A DNA stretch of 64,000 bases from Mytilus trossulus. Taxonomy: Eukaryota. Below, one piece after another: positions 1 to 14,625 of this stretch. Position numbers and translations under genes: made by a program. Location of the stretch: contig NC_086373.1 of the NCBI RefSeq assembly GCF_036588685.1, positions 109,430,001 to 109,494,000 on the forward strand. Reading direction: 5' to 3'. Each line of letters begins with the position of its first letter. Within the stretch, counting starts at the first letter, position 1. The notes beneath the pieces were generated by a model. It made no database searches. It worked only from the letters and a program-made list of their open reading frames with translations, and was not told the DNA's origin.

Positions 1-3000
1 TCATATGATGTATCAGCTCTTTTGCCTTCCGTTCTATGTCTGATATTGATTTCTCGGGTCTATAACTTGTATTACGCCCCCCTCTGAATCCGCCACTGGA
101 TAGATATGCAAAAATGTTTGTAAAAATAGAACACTTAGAAAATGTTATTACTGTACATTAAATAAACTTGTGGATGGGATACACTTTGTGACTAAATTCC
201 CACTATATGTTTATAATAAAAATGAGTTTTTTTTCACTGAAATTTCATTAACCTACAATGGGTTTTTAATCTTTTGACATTTTCATGGCTATTAGCACAA
301 GAAAATTTAGATATATATAAATGTTTGAGATAAGGAGAAGTTGAACCATAATAAATACAAATTAGCCACACTTATACTTATTTTGAGTGGTATATTTAAC
401 AGATGTTATATTATCTGGTTCTGTCCTGGCCTTATATAATAGTTATTGTAAAACGGTCACGGTTGTTTTCTTTTTAGTCCGGTGAAACTAAGATTTAACC
501 TCAAACTAATTGCAACAGAAAATGTTTTAGTTCTTATCTATAGCATTATGCCTTTCATATACACAGAAAAAAGTCCCATAAAATATAACTTGAGGAAAAC
601 TCAAAATCAGCATTTTTAATTTCATATGGAAATTAACATTGAAACGGGAGATAACTCTTGCAAAAATGAGTCTTTTTAGGTCAGTTTTTTGTTGTTTTTC
701 TTGAAATGTATGTAAAGTATGATACTTTGATGGGGTTATAAGTTTGTATTTGACTAAATTATATAATCTTCTGCTCATAAAATGTACAAAACCTAAGTGT
801 TATGGGTAGTTTTATTTTTTTCCTGCATTTTTCATTAAAGAAATTGCAAATTTGAAGCTTTGTAACCATTTTGAAAAAATAATATGAAAATTTGGTATTG
901 TTTATATCTTACATTTTTTTCAGCAACTTACTTATCTAAAGAAACTTTAAACCTCAAAAAGAAGAATACATGCTTAATTATTTTGATTTAAATTGAGATT
1001 ATTTACCTTGACATGTTGAAAAATTCAATAAATGGTCAACTAATGAATTATGAAATTTAGATCATAACTTGATGAAAGATATGAAAACACCTTTAAAGTT
1101 GTTTGTTACACTCTAAAAACCGCTAAAAAATCAAGAATCAATACATTCTGATGAATAGAAGTGGTAAAGTTGTAATTTTGTATCATTTTTATTAATATTT
1201 CTGCCTTTTTCGCAAGAGTTATCTCCCTTTTCAATGCAAATCTCCATAGGAATTTTGAATTGTGATTTTTTTAGTCTTCCTCAAGTAAGTTTTAATGAGA
1301 AAACAACACAAGCGACATAAGTATCTACTTTATACGTTAAATGTTACTTAACAATGGTATTTGTACGTAGGAAGCGTAAACTTCATGTTATTTATACCTT
1401 CCAAACGTCATTTCAACATACATTATACATATGAAAGTGAAAATTATTAATTTGGATTGTCTTTCTTTTCCCAAAATCATTTTTAGACCGTTAAACAGAT
1501 GAAATCACTGACTTTGCATACGTAAGATTGGAAGTCGGTGATTGTTAAACAGATTCATTTTTTTTAAGGTAGGCTAAAAATACGTTTTTTATAGATAAAA
1601 TGAAATATATCAGTATCTTTTAATTTAAGTTGACATACTTTATACCCTTTTTATCAAATTGATTTATTTAAGTTTTCGGTGAAGACGACATTTGTATCTT
1701 TACAGTTGTTATGTTAATGTGCAATGTTATTTGTCAACCGATGAACACTTATTTAGATTACTAGAAGATCTTTGTAGAGTCCCCAGTCATCAATTCCATT
1801 TTATTTAATGCGTTGCAGCGCATACTACAGGAAATCGAACAAACTTTGAAGTTTATGCAAGGAAATAAATCAAGATTTTAAAATTATAAGAAGTCAAAAC
1901 AGATAAAAGGAAATGTGGTTGCAATTTTTTTTTGCTTTCTGAAAGTTTATTATCATTCATGCAGAAAGAGCCATTACAACATATGAAAAGTAAATTTGCG
2001 GAAATTTCAGTCATACACTGGTACACACGATTTCATATAACATTCATTTTTTATAGTCTGAGTAAAGCCGTTTTCAATTAATATTTTAAAGTGCGTCTTT
2101 TCTGTTTGTAATGTTAATATACTGCTGTATCAGGTTTAGGGTGAAGGTTGACGCCTGTTAAAACGTCCAAGTCCGCTCCATATATTATATGCACCTGTCC
2201 TTAGTCAGGAATTTAAGTCAGGAACAGTGCTTGTCGTTTGTTGATATGTTTGATAAATGTGTCTCGTTTTGGTAAATAGATTACTAGACCGTTGGTTTTC
2301 CTGTTTGAATTGTGATACAATGGTCATTTTGGGGCCCTTTATAGCTTGTTATTATGCTCATTGTGTTTTGATGTTGCTTAGGGATAGTTATGATGTTGCT
2401 GTTGCTGCTTTTAAGAATCAAATAAAGGAAATCACTTTCAAACTCATTGCATGATTTTTTTTCTATATTTATATGTTTATGAATTTAAAGAAAAATTCCC
2501 TCTGTTCGTTCTCCCCTCAAGCAACAGCAACAGCAGCATAACTACTTTAAATAGGAAATGAAATGCGAACGACAAAAGCTGCAGGAGCATTGAAAACAGT
2601 TTATGAAAAAAATCTTAATATTAGCATTTTAAGCAGCAGCAACAACAACAACGCTTTATCCTCAAGTAGCGACAACAACAAAACACTCACAAGAAGGTAG
2701 TGAGCACACGAGCTGTAGAGGAAGCAAAAGCATTACATGGAAACACCTTGTATATGACTCAACATGAAGCAACAGCAGCAGCGACAATACTTTAAAGTGT
2801 GAAATGAGCACTACTACACTAGGCCGATATTTAATAACACAACTTGAAAACGCCACAGAAAGCACCCAAATTAGAATTTTAACCTATCAATACAAATAAA
2901 AAGATGTGGTGTGAGTTCCAACGAGACAATTCTACATCCTAGTCAAGTTCATATATGAATTTGAGAACGCGGACCCTATAGAAAGCACCCCAACCCGTAA

Positions 3001-4699
3001 AGCCCTGTCTCGTAGTTGTACCGTTATAACTAAACTCCCAACATTGATCGATTCTGTTCCGGAACTACTTTAATTTACTCCATCTTTTAGTGAAGAGTTG
3101 GTCTGAGCTGGAACTTCCAGTGATTTTGCATTGTTACCCAAGATAAAAAAAAAAAACACCTAGAACTATTTCTATATAAATCTACACATCCGAGAAGTTC
3201 AGAACCAAAAGGGCGGAAAGATGTTGGGACTCCCAATCGGCACTCCAGGGACGATAAAGAAACTAACCTTTTTCCTACAGATTCAATTTAGTTTCGCGAA
3301 ATGTTGCACAATTCTGAAGTGCAAATTCAATGCATGGTTTCTCGAAAAAACTTTAAAAATTAAATGATGCGGTTAGTATTCCTTTCATGGTAGACCAGTT
3401 GCCGCATCACAATGTAAGGAGTATATTCACATCACTTAATGTCATACATCTGATATTTCAGGAAGCTACCATTTGATTTAATGGGGGCGGGGAGGGGGTG
3501 TTGGGTTACGATAACAAAAGTTGTGTCCTGCATTTTTTTTTAAAGTTGCAATTTCTGTCCTGCAATTTTATTTTTCACTATGTTTGGTCCTGATTTTTTT
3601 TTGCTTAGTTGCTCATCCTGATTTTTTTTTGATTAGTTGCTCATCCTGCCTTTTTTCAATCGAAACTCATGTCCTGTATCTTTTAAATCAAAATTTCTGT
3701 CCTGCCTTTTTTTTTTAGAATTTCATCCAACCGGAACTTGTACAACCTTATCTAAAAAAATCTAATGATGAAACAAATGTTTTTAGCTCTTTAATGAAAG
3801 AAATGTTTTAATCTCATGGATGAAACCCGTTAAGCGTTTACATGGTGTCAACAAGGGGGAAACATCTATGTTCATGGTATAAAAGCGTCAAAAGGGGGAT
3901 ATCAATAAAACATATAGATCACAAAAAACTTTTTCTTATAGAAAATTGTTGTTTAAAAAAAAAATCCATTCTTGCTTCGTATAACTATAGTTTCCAATTA
4001 ATTCTTATCTTTCAAGTTCTTAATCCAGTCGTAGCTATATAAGTTTAAGCGACTTAACGACAACAATTACATGAACCGTCAATGAATTGTAGTCTATGCC
4101 TTTTATCTGCAACATAGTATTATGCATTTCTACACAAAATGTAAAGCTCTGGATCGACTCAGTTTTGAAGAGACCAATAATTTTGATAGACTCATTTTTT
4201 AAAGATTAACAAAAAATATTAAAATCCTAATTAATGTACAAAAATGAACAAAAAGCAAATATGTAACACGGCACCAAACGACAACCACTGAATTACAGGC
4301 TCTAGACTTGGGGGACAGGCACATATGTACGTAAAACGGGGTTAAACATGTTAGCGGAGTCCCAACCCTCCCCTAAACTGGAACAGTGGTGTGATAGTAC
4401 AATATAAGAACGAAATGTAAAAATCATTTGAAAAAGGCTTATCTGTAGATATTCGGTTTCCACAGTATTTCATGTACCTTTTGGAAACCGGCAAATATAT
4501 TTGCTATTCTCTTTATATCATAGCAACGTTATGTTTATATATTTATATATGGCGTCGAAAGCCAAAACGCAAAGATATGCTGATAAAGTTTAACTTGGGT
4601 TAATTAAACTAAATTGATGTATGTGGTATTTGTGCTTAATTAGCTAACGAACATTTTGTTGATTGATATAGAGCGTTACTCATCTAGTGTGAACTGGTT

Positions 4700-5145
4700 A
4701 TGATTGGTGGTCTAGTCTGGTTGTCTTGTCTGTCTGTCTGTCTGTCTGGTGGCATTGTCTGTCTGTCTGATTGGTGGTCTAGTCTGGTTGTCTTGTCTGT
4801 CTGTCTGGTGATCTTGTCTATCTGTCAGTTTATCTGGTGTTCTTGTCCCTCTGTCTGATTATCTGGTGTGTCTGTCTGGTGGTCTTGTCTGTTTGTCTGT
4901 CTGTGCAGTGGTCTTTTCTGACTATCTGTTGGTCTCGTCTGGCTGGCTGTCTGTCTGGTTATCTTGTCTGGCTGTCTGTCTGTCTGTCTGTGTCTGTTTG
5001 GTGGTCAGGTTTGTGTGTCTGTGTGGTGGTCTTTTTATGTGTCTGTCTTGTGGTCTTGCCTGTCGGTTTGTCTCTCTGATGGTCTTGTCGGTCTGATGGT
5101 CTTATCTGTCTGTATATCTGTCTTTCTGATGGTATTGTCTGGCTG
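4700..5145. repeat. Degenerate (GTCT)n microsatellite, probably an expanded HINE internal repeat
   Basis: TGTC/GTCT/TGG low-complexity array followed by a GATCAAGTTCGAATTTG core typical of these elements. Confidence 0.75.
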
Positions 5146-6972
5146 GCATATGTCCATGATTAAATCCAGATCAAGTTCGAATTTGTTTGGGTCTTATGCA
5201 TTTGATCGTGTAATTCTTGATATGCTGGATACTATCAACGCCAGCCTGTGTCCACACTTGTTTCATTCGATATTTCATAAACGTATTTGCAATAAGTTCT
5301 TCCCAAAAAATAAACTTCGTTATTTATGTGTTCAACCTTACTGTGTATACTCGTTTAAAGAGATGTTTGGTACAATATGACCAGAAGATAGCCTCTCAGT
5401 TGTTCCGTTAATTTTCTTTCTAATATTAACATCGTAGAAAGAACGAACAATCTTTTTATTTGTTTAAAAAAATTGTGCGGGGGGGCATTTTATTTCGTAC
5501 AGACAATTTGATGAAGTATATATGAAGCAAAATAGAATAAAACTTTAAAAAATCCTTTGTTCAACCACAAAAGATGAATGGTAGATATCTAACAATATTA
5601 ACAATCAGATAGATAACTACAAGGGGGAGTAATGTTGATTTTAAGCAACTGTTGGTTACCGTATGACCTTCATTATTGAGCTTTAGTCCAGACCCAGGGC
5701 TCAATTTCAGATTGCCTTAATTATGTACTGACGACAATTAACAAACATGAACTATCTTGATATATAAAATATACGACAAATGTATATGTTGACGTGAAGT
5801 TTTGTATCAACCATAAATATTTAGCTTTAGTTTTTTTTTTTAAATTTCACACATGTTGATTCTGACTTGACTATAAGGTATATCTTTAAAATACTATTTA
5901 TGATAACTATACGTCAAACACAACTTTGAATTAGAGATTGTTGTGAATATCGTGGGTAGACGGTCAACAAAGTGAGATGATATTTGTATATTTTGAGATC
6001 TTTTATTTCAATTTTCAATTAGAAAATTGTAATAACAACATGCTTTGACTTAATAATTAACCCTTGACATTTAAAACAAAGCATAACAGATGTTACCGGA
6101 ATCACTAAATACTAAACAAATCAAAACTGCTTTTTCAAGTTTAAGACGTGTATGTTAGCGTAAAGATCGACTAATTGTGCACTGACGAAATCTCTTTTTT
6201 GGAAAGGGAATTACAACGAGAAATCAAACTCAAATATTATAAGTAGCAACAAAGTCAAGCACTGAGTAGCATATGTTCGAGCATAAATTATGGCGGTGGA
6301 CAAACGTGTTTACCTACTCAAAATTCTCTCCTATGTTTAGAAAGCGATGCAGCAGCAGTCGGTAAAAATCAGTTTAAAAAGACTGTTGCAACAACTCACA
6401 ATAAATAACTCGTAAGAAATAGTCTAAGCTAGGACACAGATTAACGATCTGAGATATTAAAGCCCGGAATGACGAAGTATAAGAAAATGAAAGACGAAAA
6501 CATTTCAAAAAGACCACAGCAGACCATAAAGCAAAATTCAGCCTAATAATGGCATGCGGCTGTATTTGTTTTTTGATCGGTTTGTTTCTATCAAACAAAA
6601 AAGTACAGTATCAACCAACAAAAGATTGTTTAATTGTCCAATGTATTCATGATTCCCTAACTTAAGATAAACGTTTTCCACTAATTTTGTCTTAATTCAA
6701 ATATCCTTATTAGATTAAGGAAAAGTATGAAGATAAAGGCGAAATTATGGCTGAATGCATTTTGGAAAAAGGGAGACAATTCAATCTCAAATATAGTCTT
6801 AATTGTGATTTCTTACGTATACTTTATGTATGACGTTAGTAAAGTCAGATATCGAGAATTCTCTTATGGGACTTTTTTCTGTGTAAATTTAGGGTAAAAT
6901 GCTAAAGATTAAAACTTAAAAATCTTCCGTTGAAATTTCTTTCAGGTTAGGGTCAAATTTATGCTAGATTGA

Positions 6973-7035
6973 CACAGGCACTTGTCTCAATTTATATAGG
7001 ACATTTTTTTTGGTTTTTGGAGACAAGTGCCTGTG
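6973..7035. mobile_element. 63-bp miniature TIR element with 8-bp TSD (hAT- or P-like)
   Basis: Perfect 16-bp TIR CACAGGCACTTGTCTC, TSD TAGATTGA at 6965-6972 and 7036-7043. Confidence 0.8.
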
Positions 7036-8203
7036 TAGATTGACTGGACTATTTATGCTTTTTCAATTTATGACTTATCTCAGTATGTATTTGTATGTAA
7101 TTTGATAAACGCAAATGTATAGGGCCCTTTAATATGAAATTAAAGTAATAATTATCTGGTGCTGTCCTGGCCTTATATAACAATTATTGTAAAATGGTTT
7201 TGTTTTCTAATCTTATGTATTTGTATGCAATATGATAAAAGCTTTGTTTTGGGCCGAGTTTGATTTGAAAATAAAGTATTCTTATTCTGTCGTAATTATA
7301 TACCATACAGACGATTAACCAGATGATCAATGATTGAGTAATATAAAATACACTGGTCAAGCACCTCTTTCGATCTGGTCATTTACTACTGAACTTACTA
7401 TCAATTATAAATAATAGAGAATCCAACGATATTAGAAAAAAGTTTCAAAATAATCAGGTTTGGATATTGAATTACTATAAGGCTTGTTATTTTTTGTGGG
7501 AAATGATGGCTTGCAGCTCAGCACATACCTGAATAAAAATTTGAATATAAGACCGACGTTCACTGCTAAACCCTACTTTAACATCACATCAGATAATGAC
7601 ATGATACGGACAAGGGGAGACAAATCATTTTAATTCAAGGCCATTGTAGAAGATGGTAAATATTTTACGTTTTCCTTTATATTTAAGACTTCATTTTATG
7701 CAAATACCAGCATGTACAAAGTGTTCCCAAAAGAGAAATCTCAAACGTATACAAATTAAAAAAAAACCCCATATATTTTTATAAATCAAATCTTTGAACA
7801 AAATACACTAAAATAGTCAACAGTTAAAATAACAGTTGTAAAATGATTGTCAAATATCGAAAATATGTTTTGACTATTTGTTTTGAATATAGAAGTTAGG
7901 TGCAGACCCGAGGGGAACGCATGAACCACGAACGGAGCGAGACCGATGCGTCTCCAATGTGCATGCGTCACTCGTCATGATTTTCTAACCTCACACCACC
8001 TGACACCTAAGTTAACTGGCATAAATTAAAAGGAATTAGGACACAAAACGCAGATTAACAAATCAGATGATTGTTCTCATGTATGTGAAGAAGTTCCAAC
8101 ACCGCTAAACGAGGATCGAAAAATACCAGAAGGACATTCAAACTTATATGTGGAAACAACGCCATGGCTAAAGATAAAAGGAAAAAGAACTAAATTTAGT
8201 AAA

Positions 8204-8245
8204 CGCCAGACGCGCGTTTCGTCTACAAAAGACTCATCAGTGACG
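8204..8245 (-). ncRNA. Intact minimal type I hammerhead ribozyme (retrozyme fragment)
   Basis: Minus strand reads CGUCA CUGAUGA GUC uuuugua GAC GAAAC gcgc GUC^UGGCG. It has the complete catalytic core, stem I (CGUCA/UGGCG), stem II (GUC/GAC), a short palindromic stem III and a GUC cleavage triplet (C at 8209). Confidence 0.85.
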
Positions 8246-8888
8246 CTCGAATCCAAAAAAGTTAAAAAGGCCAAATAAAAAGACTGACAATAGCACACAA
8301 AACACACTACAATGAAAACTAAAGACTGAGCAAGTCGAGCTCAACCACAAACTGAGGATTAGCTCATGTGCTCTGGAAGGGTAAGCAGATCCTGCTTCAC
8401 GTGTGGCACCTATACATAACACACTAATAAGAGATCGAGGCGTCGTATTAGTCAACTAATTCGTAATGTCATTATGGTGAGCGTACACATTTTTATATTA
8501 TTATTTACTACCATTTCAGTTTGACTCTGATCAATAGTTGTGTCATAGGTTATTATAGCACAACTCCATTTTTTATATTACAATAATGTATGTTGTGTAT
8601 ATTCTTCTTGACTTTTATCCTTTTAATCGTTTTATCGTAAAAACAAACCATAAAAATGAAGTTTATTTCAAATAATACTTATTGTTATACCGAATGTCTG
8701 TTTTTTAAATGAACAAACAAACAAAATGATGACCCCACAAAAACAAAAAGAGGTGTGGTATATTTTTAGTTCTTGTTGTTTTTTTGTAAAGGCATTCTAA
8801 CATAATTTTACATCTAACGCTTTTTTTTTAGAACACTTGGAAGAACGTCGAATTAGCCCAGCCGAATTCATATATAAAGACAATACTT

Positions 8889-8908
8889 TATTATTATTAT
8901 TTATTATG

Positions 8909-8950
<42 letters not shown>
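8889..8950. repeat. (ATT)n microsatellite
   Basis: About 20 ATT/TTA units. Confidence 0.9.
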
Positions 8951-9415
8951 TTTTTTTCTTCTGTCAAATCCTTGGTTTTGATAAATATACGTTAAACTTT
9001 ATGCGTATCACTTAGAAATTAATCTAAATGTAGGAAAGGGATTTCCATGTCAAATTTGAATAAATCATTTTAATGTTTACAAACCCGATAAGAAATAAAC
9101 AAGCGTGTTCTGTTCGAAAGGTTTGACATATCGAAATGTGTGATCAATATTTTTAAAATGACATTTAAATATATTATGACAGATCATTATTAAACAGGAG
9201 TTCAATTATTGGTCGCCGTTATTTTCCGATGTTTAGTCGGTAGTTTACGTGAATAGTTTATAGTAACAACCTGACAACGGGATCAAATATTTACCGTTAT
9301 TCAATCAGAACAATTGAAATTTAAAATTCAATTGTGTTATTACTTTTTCGTGTCGTTAAATACTTCTCTTGTTTCATGAAGAAGTTATTCTATTGAGAAA
9401 AACCATTAAGCAAAG

Positions 9416-11477
9416 ATGGGATGCAAACAATCTAAACTCGCTGGCCGAATTCAGCCTGTTGGACCGGCTTCTGTCAAAACAGACAATTCTAAAAGAAACG
9501 GCAGAGAATTTGATGTAGACCACAAATCTGGCAAGAAAATACGAAAATCTAAATCACAAAATAGTAAACAGTTCGGATCAAGTGTAAGTCTGGACGATGA
9601 TAGGTCGATAGCAGATTCCGAAGACAGAGGATTCTCGGCTACTTCTAAATTTTCTAAAAAGAGTGGAGATTCTGGACTAGAAGCTGACTATGCTTTTGTT
9701 ATTACAGAAGATTCAGATCCAGACAAAGTTCAACAAATAGAACAGGAATTCTGTGGAAATGAAAACCTAGGTAAGTCCATACAACATATTTCATATAATG
9801 TTTACGTGTTCAGCCTAAAATAGAACGTTTTTATAATATTATCAGTTATCCCAAGATTAGTGTTGACACACACAACACTTTTAAACATTTAATATAATAA
9901 CATTCCAAAACAGTTACAAAGTCATGCAAGTTATTGTCTTGATTTTTAAAGGTAAAATGTATTCTGAACAATTGATCATATATTCTTTTGAAATGGTAAT
10001 TCATTTTTATTATTCTAATTCTTGCAATACCTTAATACTAGTATATATGTATTTTATGTCTTTTATAATGTCCGACTTGAAATAAAACAGGGGTCTTACT
10101 TTTTGAAACGTTTCTTATTTGCCATGTATAACTTTTGCACTTTTATAAAGTTTTCAATGAATTTGTATTTCATTAATAGAACTTGCATTGAATGGAACTC
10201 CATGCCCAGTTAGAACTAGTGCTAAAGATCGAGAACGAATGGAGGAATCCATGATCCTACAGTCATTACGTGAGGAAGGGTTGATAACCAAACAACAGAA
10301 AGCAAGCACGAATTATGCTACGTTCGAAATAGTTGCTGTCGACTCAACGGGTGAAATTAGACCCCCGCCAAGATTGGAAAAACTAGAACGAAGGAGAAAG
10401 AAGAAAAAGATCCTAACAGAGGAAGAAATTAGAGAAAAGTTGGAGAAAGCAGAGAGGAGAAAAAGGGTATGTTCTCCTTAATAACAATATACTGGCTTCG
10501 GGAAAGTTGCGCCCGGTGCTCCTTTCCTCTTAAATTTTACAATAAAATTAGCAATAGCTGTTCATAGTGGATATAACTAATATTCCCGGCGAAAAAAGAC
10601 ACAATCAGATGAATTGAGATACCCAAATAAAAGAGAAAACTATTCAGTTATTCTTATATCAGAAGAATAGATATTGTCACATTAAAGGGTGGTTGATGGA
10701 GAAACGAGACATTGATATATAAAAGAAGTCACAACAAAGTCATTTTTTTAAACAATGAAACTTGAACTGTTCAGTATCCCCCTATAATGTTAAATCTACC
10801 AGTTGTTTGTCCTAAGCGGGACGAACTAACGCCTGTGTGACATTTTCTCATCTACATCTATACTCTGACCATAGATACAGTATACTTATTACATTTATAT
10901 ATCTCGTATTGATAACATAAATCCATGAGTTCAATGATATGCTTACAAGTCAATTTGTCACATAATGATTTCATTACTTACATATTTGGTCCATTTGGCA
11001 ATGAAATTAATTATTCATTTTATACATATATGTCATATATATATATGTTTTTACCACCGTACAATCCATTACTGTGAATATTTACTTTTATTGTCAATCG
11101 CTTAAAAAGTCTAAGGAGTGGATTTCGACGTAACAGTTATGCACTAGTTATCATCCTTTGTTAATTATTAATTATTTTTGTAGAAAAAGGAAGAAGAAAG
11201 ATTGAATAAAATCAAAGATTTAGAGAAATCCAATACGAACAACTGTTTAGAACTTTTCATGGTTTCGCAAAAACAAAAAGAGGAAACAGTCATTAAAAAA
11301 TTAGACACCGCCGCTGAAAATAAAGAGAAAAAATTAAGGGAAATGAGAGAAAAACAATTGGAACGTGAAAGGCGAGCGGAGCGAGTACGACAACGAAAAC
11401 AATTGGCGCTTTTAGAAAAACAAGGACTTATGGAGGAGGACAGTAATATACCACGTGGAAATGAATTAGAGTTTTGA
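9416..11477 (+). CDS. STMND1: Stathmin-domain-containing protein 1-like, 3 exons (9416-9770, 10180-10466, 11184-11477), 311 aa
   Basis: Splice sites CTAG|gtaagt (9771), taatag|AA (10180), AGG|gtatgt (10467) and ttgtag|AAA (11184) join three ORF-track fragments in frame (355+287+294=936 nt). N-terminus MGCKQSK is a myristoylation/palmitoylation-type start. The block RERMEESMILQSLREEGLI...RPPPRLEKL...LTEEEIREKLEKAERRKRKKEEE matches the STMND1 pattern as I recall it, followed by a stathmin-like coiled coil. Confidence 0.85.
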
Positions 11478-13794
11478 ACATAATCAACATCAACGCATCA
11501 CAAAGGAAGCATAACTGTGTCATATGACTCTTTCACAAGGTCTCATAGACCCACGCTTGTACGGGTCCAGCCATCAGTGTCGGGTCCGGGAATAACTCAT
11601 ACTTGTTTCCCATTTGTGTTGTTTGCTCAGTATTAATATTGTATCCATATTTATTCAGGCAATTTCAGTGAACAATAAGAACTAATTGATAGAAAAGTCG
11701 GTCATTTTTAATAGTAATTAAATATGATTGATTTAAAATCAACGTACATTGTAAAGCCTTTTAAAGTAAGTAATATGGAATACAATTACCTAACAGTATT
11801 ATTTATTGTTCAATGTATTGCTAGAAGATTAAATTATATTAATGTTTTAAAGCACGTATTAAATTATATGAATAAGCAATGTGTTCTTATTGTATTGGTT
11901 TAAATATTATTAAGCTTATTATACACGTGCAGTATTTCTCATACCACGTCCATATGTTAATATGACCCTTCCCATCTACGTCCAGATATTCCCCATTTCC
12001 ATTCTTAATTCAAGATATGTTAATCATTTCACAAATACAACCCCATACGCTCCAACAATAAACACCCAAAAGTTTAGTAGATATCTTGCCATTTATTTTA
12101 ATCTTTAGATTTGTTAAATACAATATTATGCACCCTGGAAAATACACATTGCACAGATACATTGCCCATAGAAAATGAACTTCTACATTTCTTTTTATAA
12201 TTGATTAAATTTCCTTGGAAGAACAAATTGTATTACTATACTACATATGTATAATCAATAAAAGACCTCAGATATTAAACTGTAGAATGTGACTATAACA
12301 CTTTAATGAGTTTTTGATTGATTTAACATTTCAAGAAACGAAGATTCCGTTTCCCTTTCTATTATACTGATAATTTGCAAACACTGGACTGTTCTGATGA
12401 ACTCAGCGCTTCTAATTGACCAAATCTAGTTTACTTTAAAAAAAATTGTTAAAAAGAAAATAAACTGACAACGCTGGCGTGGCCTAAAAGGAAAGAGACA
12501 AACAGACAGATAAAAGCACAAAAGACACAACAAAGTGGAACATAGTGTAAACATAGTTTGAAAGTTTGGTTCCTAAAAAAAATAAGGGAAGGCTTCAACT
12601 TAAATCTTTCATGCTGCGTTACTCTAAATGTAAACGTAATAATTTTAATTCCATAATATCTTTAAGCATATTTTGATAAATTTAAAGTGTCCCAATTTGT
12701 GTTTTGTTATTATTACATACATTTTTTTCAGTTGAAAAGAAAAACGAATTCGTTTATTATAAAAAAAACTTGAAAAAAAAATGTTATAACACTAGGTTAA
12801 TTCTAACGCAACGGATTTAATAAACAAATGATTTAACCCAGATAAACATGTCAAAATCGTGAACTGTTTAATACGCCACACTGAAAAATCACTCGGCATG
12901 AAAGAACTGTTTTAATCTGGAGATTCAGTAATTAATGAAGCATTGATAATCAAAAATATTTGACATAAATTACTTTAATTAAAATACAAATGTATTTTCA
13001 TTAGAATAGGTAACGTGTTTAAACACATTTTAATTTAATTTGAGAAAAGTGTTTTTTAATATTGAGTCAAAATTTTAAAAGTTGTACTTCCGAGTGTGCG
13101 TCTGTACCTGTCTGCGATATAGTGTAAATTTAAGTTCAAACACATTAACCGACGTCAAACCTATATTAGTAAATAGAGGGGGTCTTGGTAGAATAATTGA
13201 TCACTATTTGTTGAAGTAAAAAGTCTTGGTTTATTATTGATCACTGTTTGATAAGGGCGTACAAACCCACACATTTATAGGTTATTTCTATATTCAATAA
13301 TAGGGTTAAAAAATACAAAATATAATGTAACAATTGTTATTTTAAACAGAACATAAATTATTTAAAAATAAAGATAACAGAGTGTAACTGTCATTAGCTT
13401 AAATTTCAAAAAGTTTTTACCATAACCCGCGGCGTCTTAACAGACAGTGTCAAATGCCTTTTCGAAATCTACAAATACATAGTACATCTTTTTCGATGTT
13501 TATGTTTTTAAAGAATTAAAAAAAATATCAACAATATTATTCAATGCGAAATAGAATGGAAATCGGCTCAATATAGTAGTTGTTGCGATTTTTCAATGTT
13601 TACGCGTTTTACTACTATCTTGAGATCTACATTAAACAATAAAAATATTTTTAATTATTCTGGAAATATAGAAATAATATTTTTGTTTGTAATATGATTT
13701 CTTTATTATTTAAATTAAAAAAAACTCCGATCACGTTTTACGATAAACAACTGATTTTCCGCAGCCAAAAGCTGACCAGCAAACTCCCTTAATT

Positions 13795-13961
13795 CACATT
13801 CGAAACGTTTTAATTCGTATTAACAAAAACGTATTTCTAATTCGAATTAGCGAATTCGAATCAATTCGAATTAAAAAGAAGAGTGTGTGAACGGGATTAG
13901 CGAATTCGATTCGCATTCGATTCGAATACAATTCGAATTAGATGTCCGTGTGAACGAGGCA
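13795..13961. mobile_element. One end of a Harbinger-like MITE rich in TTCGAA motifs
   Basis: Terminus GTGTGAACGAGGCA|TTA with repeated ATTCGAAT subterminal motifs. I did not find the partner TIR. Confidence 0.45.
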
Positions 13962-14625
13962 TTAGATAAACAATAAAATCTACAAGAACATAAAGTGATG
14001 GGAGTCGTTAGTTGTTATTGTCCTAAATGGCTTGGCGTTTTATTCAACAAGTTGATCTGGACAAAACACGGCTACAATATTAGTATGGTGTAGCAGATGG
14101 TAGCCACAATTGCTCATAATTTGAATGTTGCGTATGATATTTTACCAGTTGGGCGATTCAGCTGACAACTAGGAGCCTCTAGTTTTAATATTTATTTATT
14201 TATTATAAATGTCATATAAGATCTTGTCATCACTGAAATTGTCCCTCGTCATCATGTCTTCTCTGAAACTATAAAACCAACCGTGTTTAGTTTGAGAGAG
14301 AAACACGACAGTACTTAAATAATAATTTCTTAGAAAAAATATATACTCGTATTTCCTTTGGTGAGACTAATGCAAACAATGTTGCATGCTTTGTATGGCT
14401 CCATTGTAAAACAATGGGATTGTTAAAAGAATTCTCATCATTAGTTATTTATTTGAGGAATGTGTTAAAATGAAGTATAATCAATAGAATTGTTAAAAGC
14501 TGTTTTTATTGAATCATACATGTTTCAACTGAAGTAGTTATAACTAAGTAGAATATAGACCAAAGATCCATGTCAGTGAAGCGTGTATCAATAATTTTCT
14601 GTATGTAGTAACTTGGAGCAATATG

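Noticed and set aside
4837-5380. Hydrophobic Cys/Leu/Val ORFs
   Set aside because: Products of the (GTCT)n microsatellite.
6289-6366. ATGGCG-started short frame ending at a possible donor
   Set aside because: No compatible downstream exon or recognisable homology.
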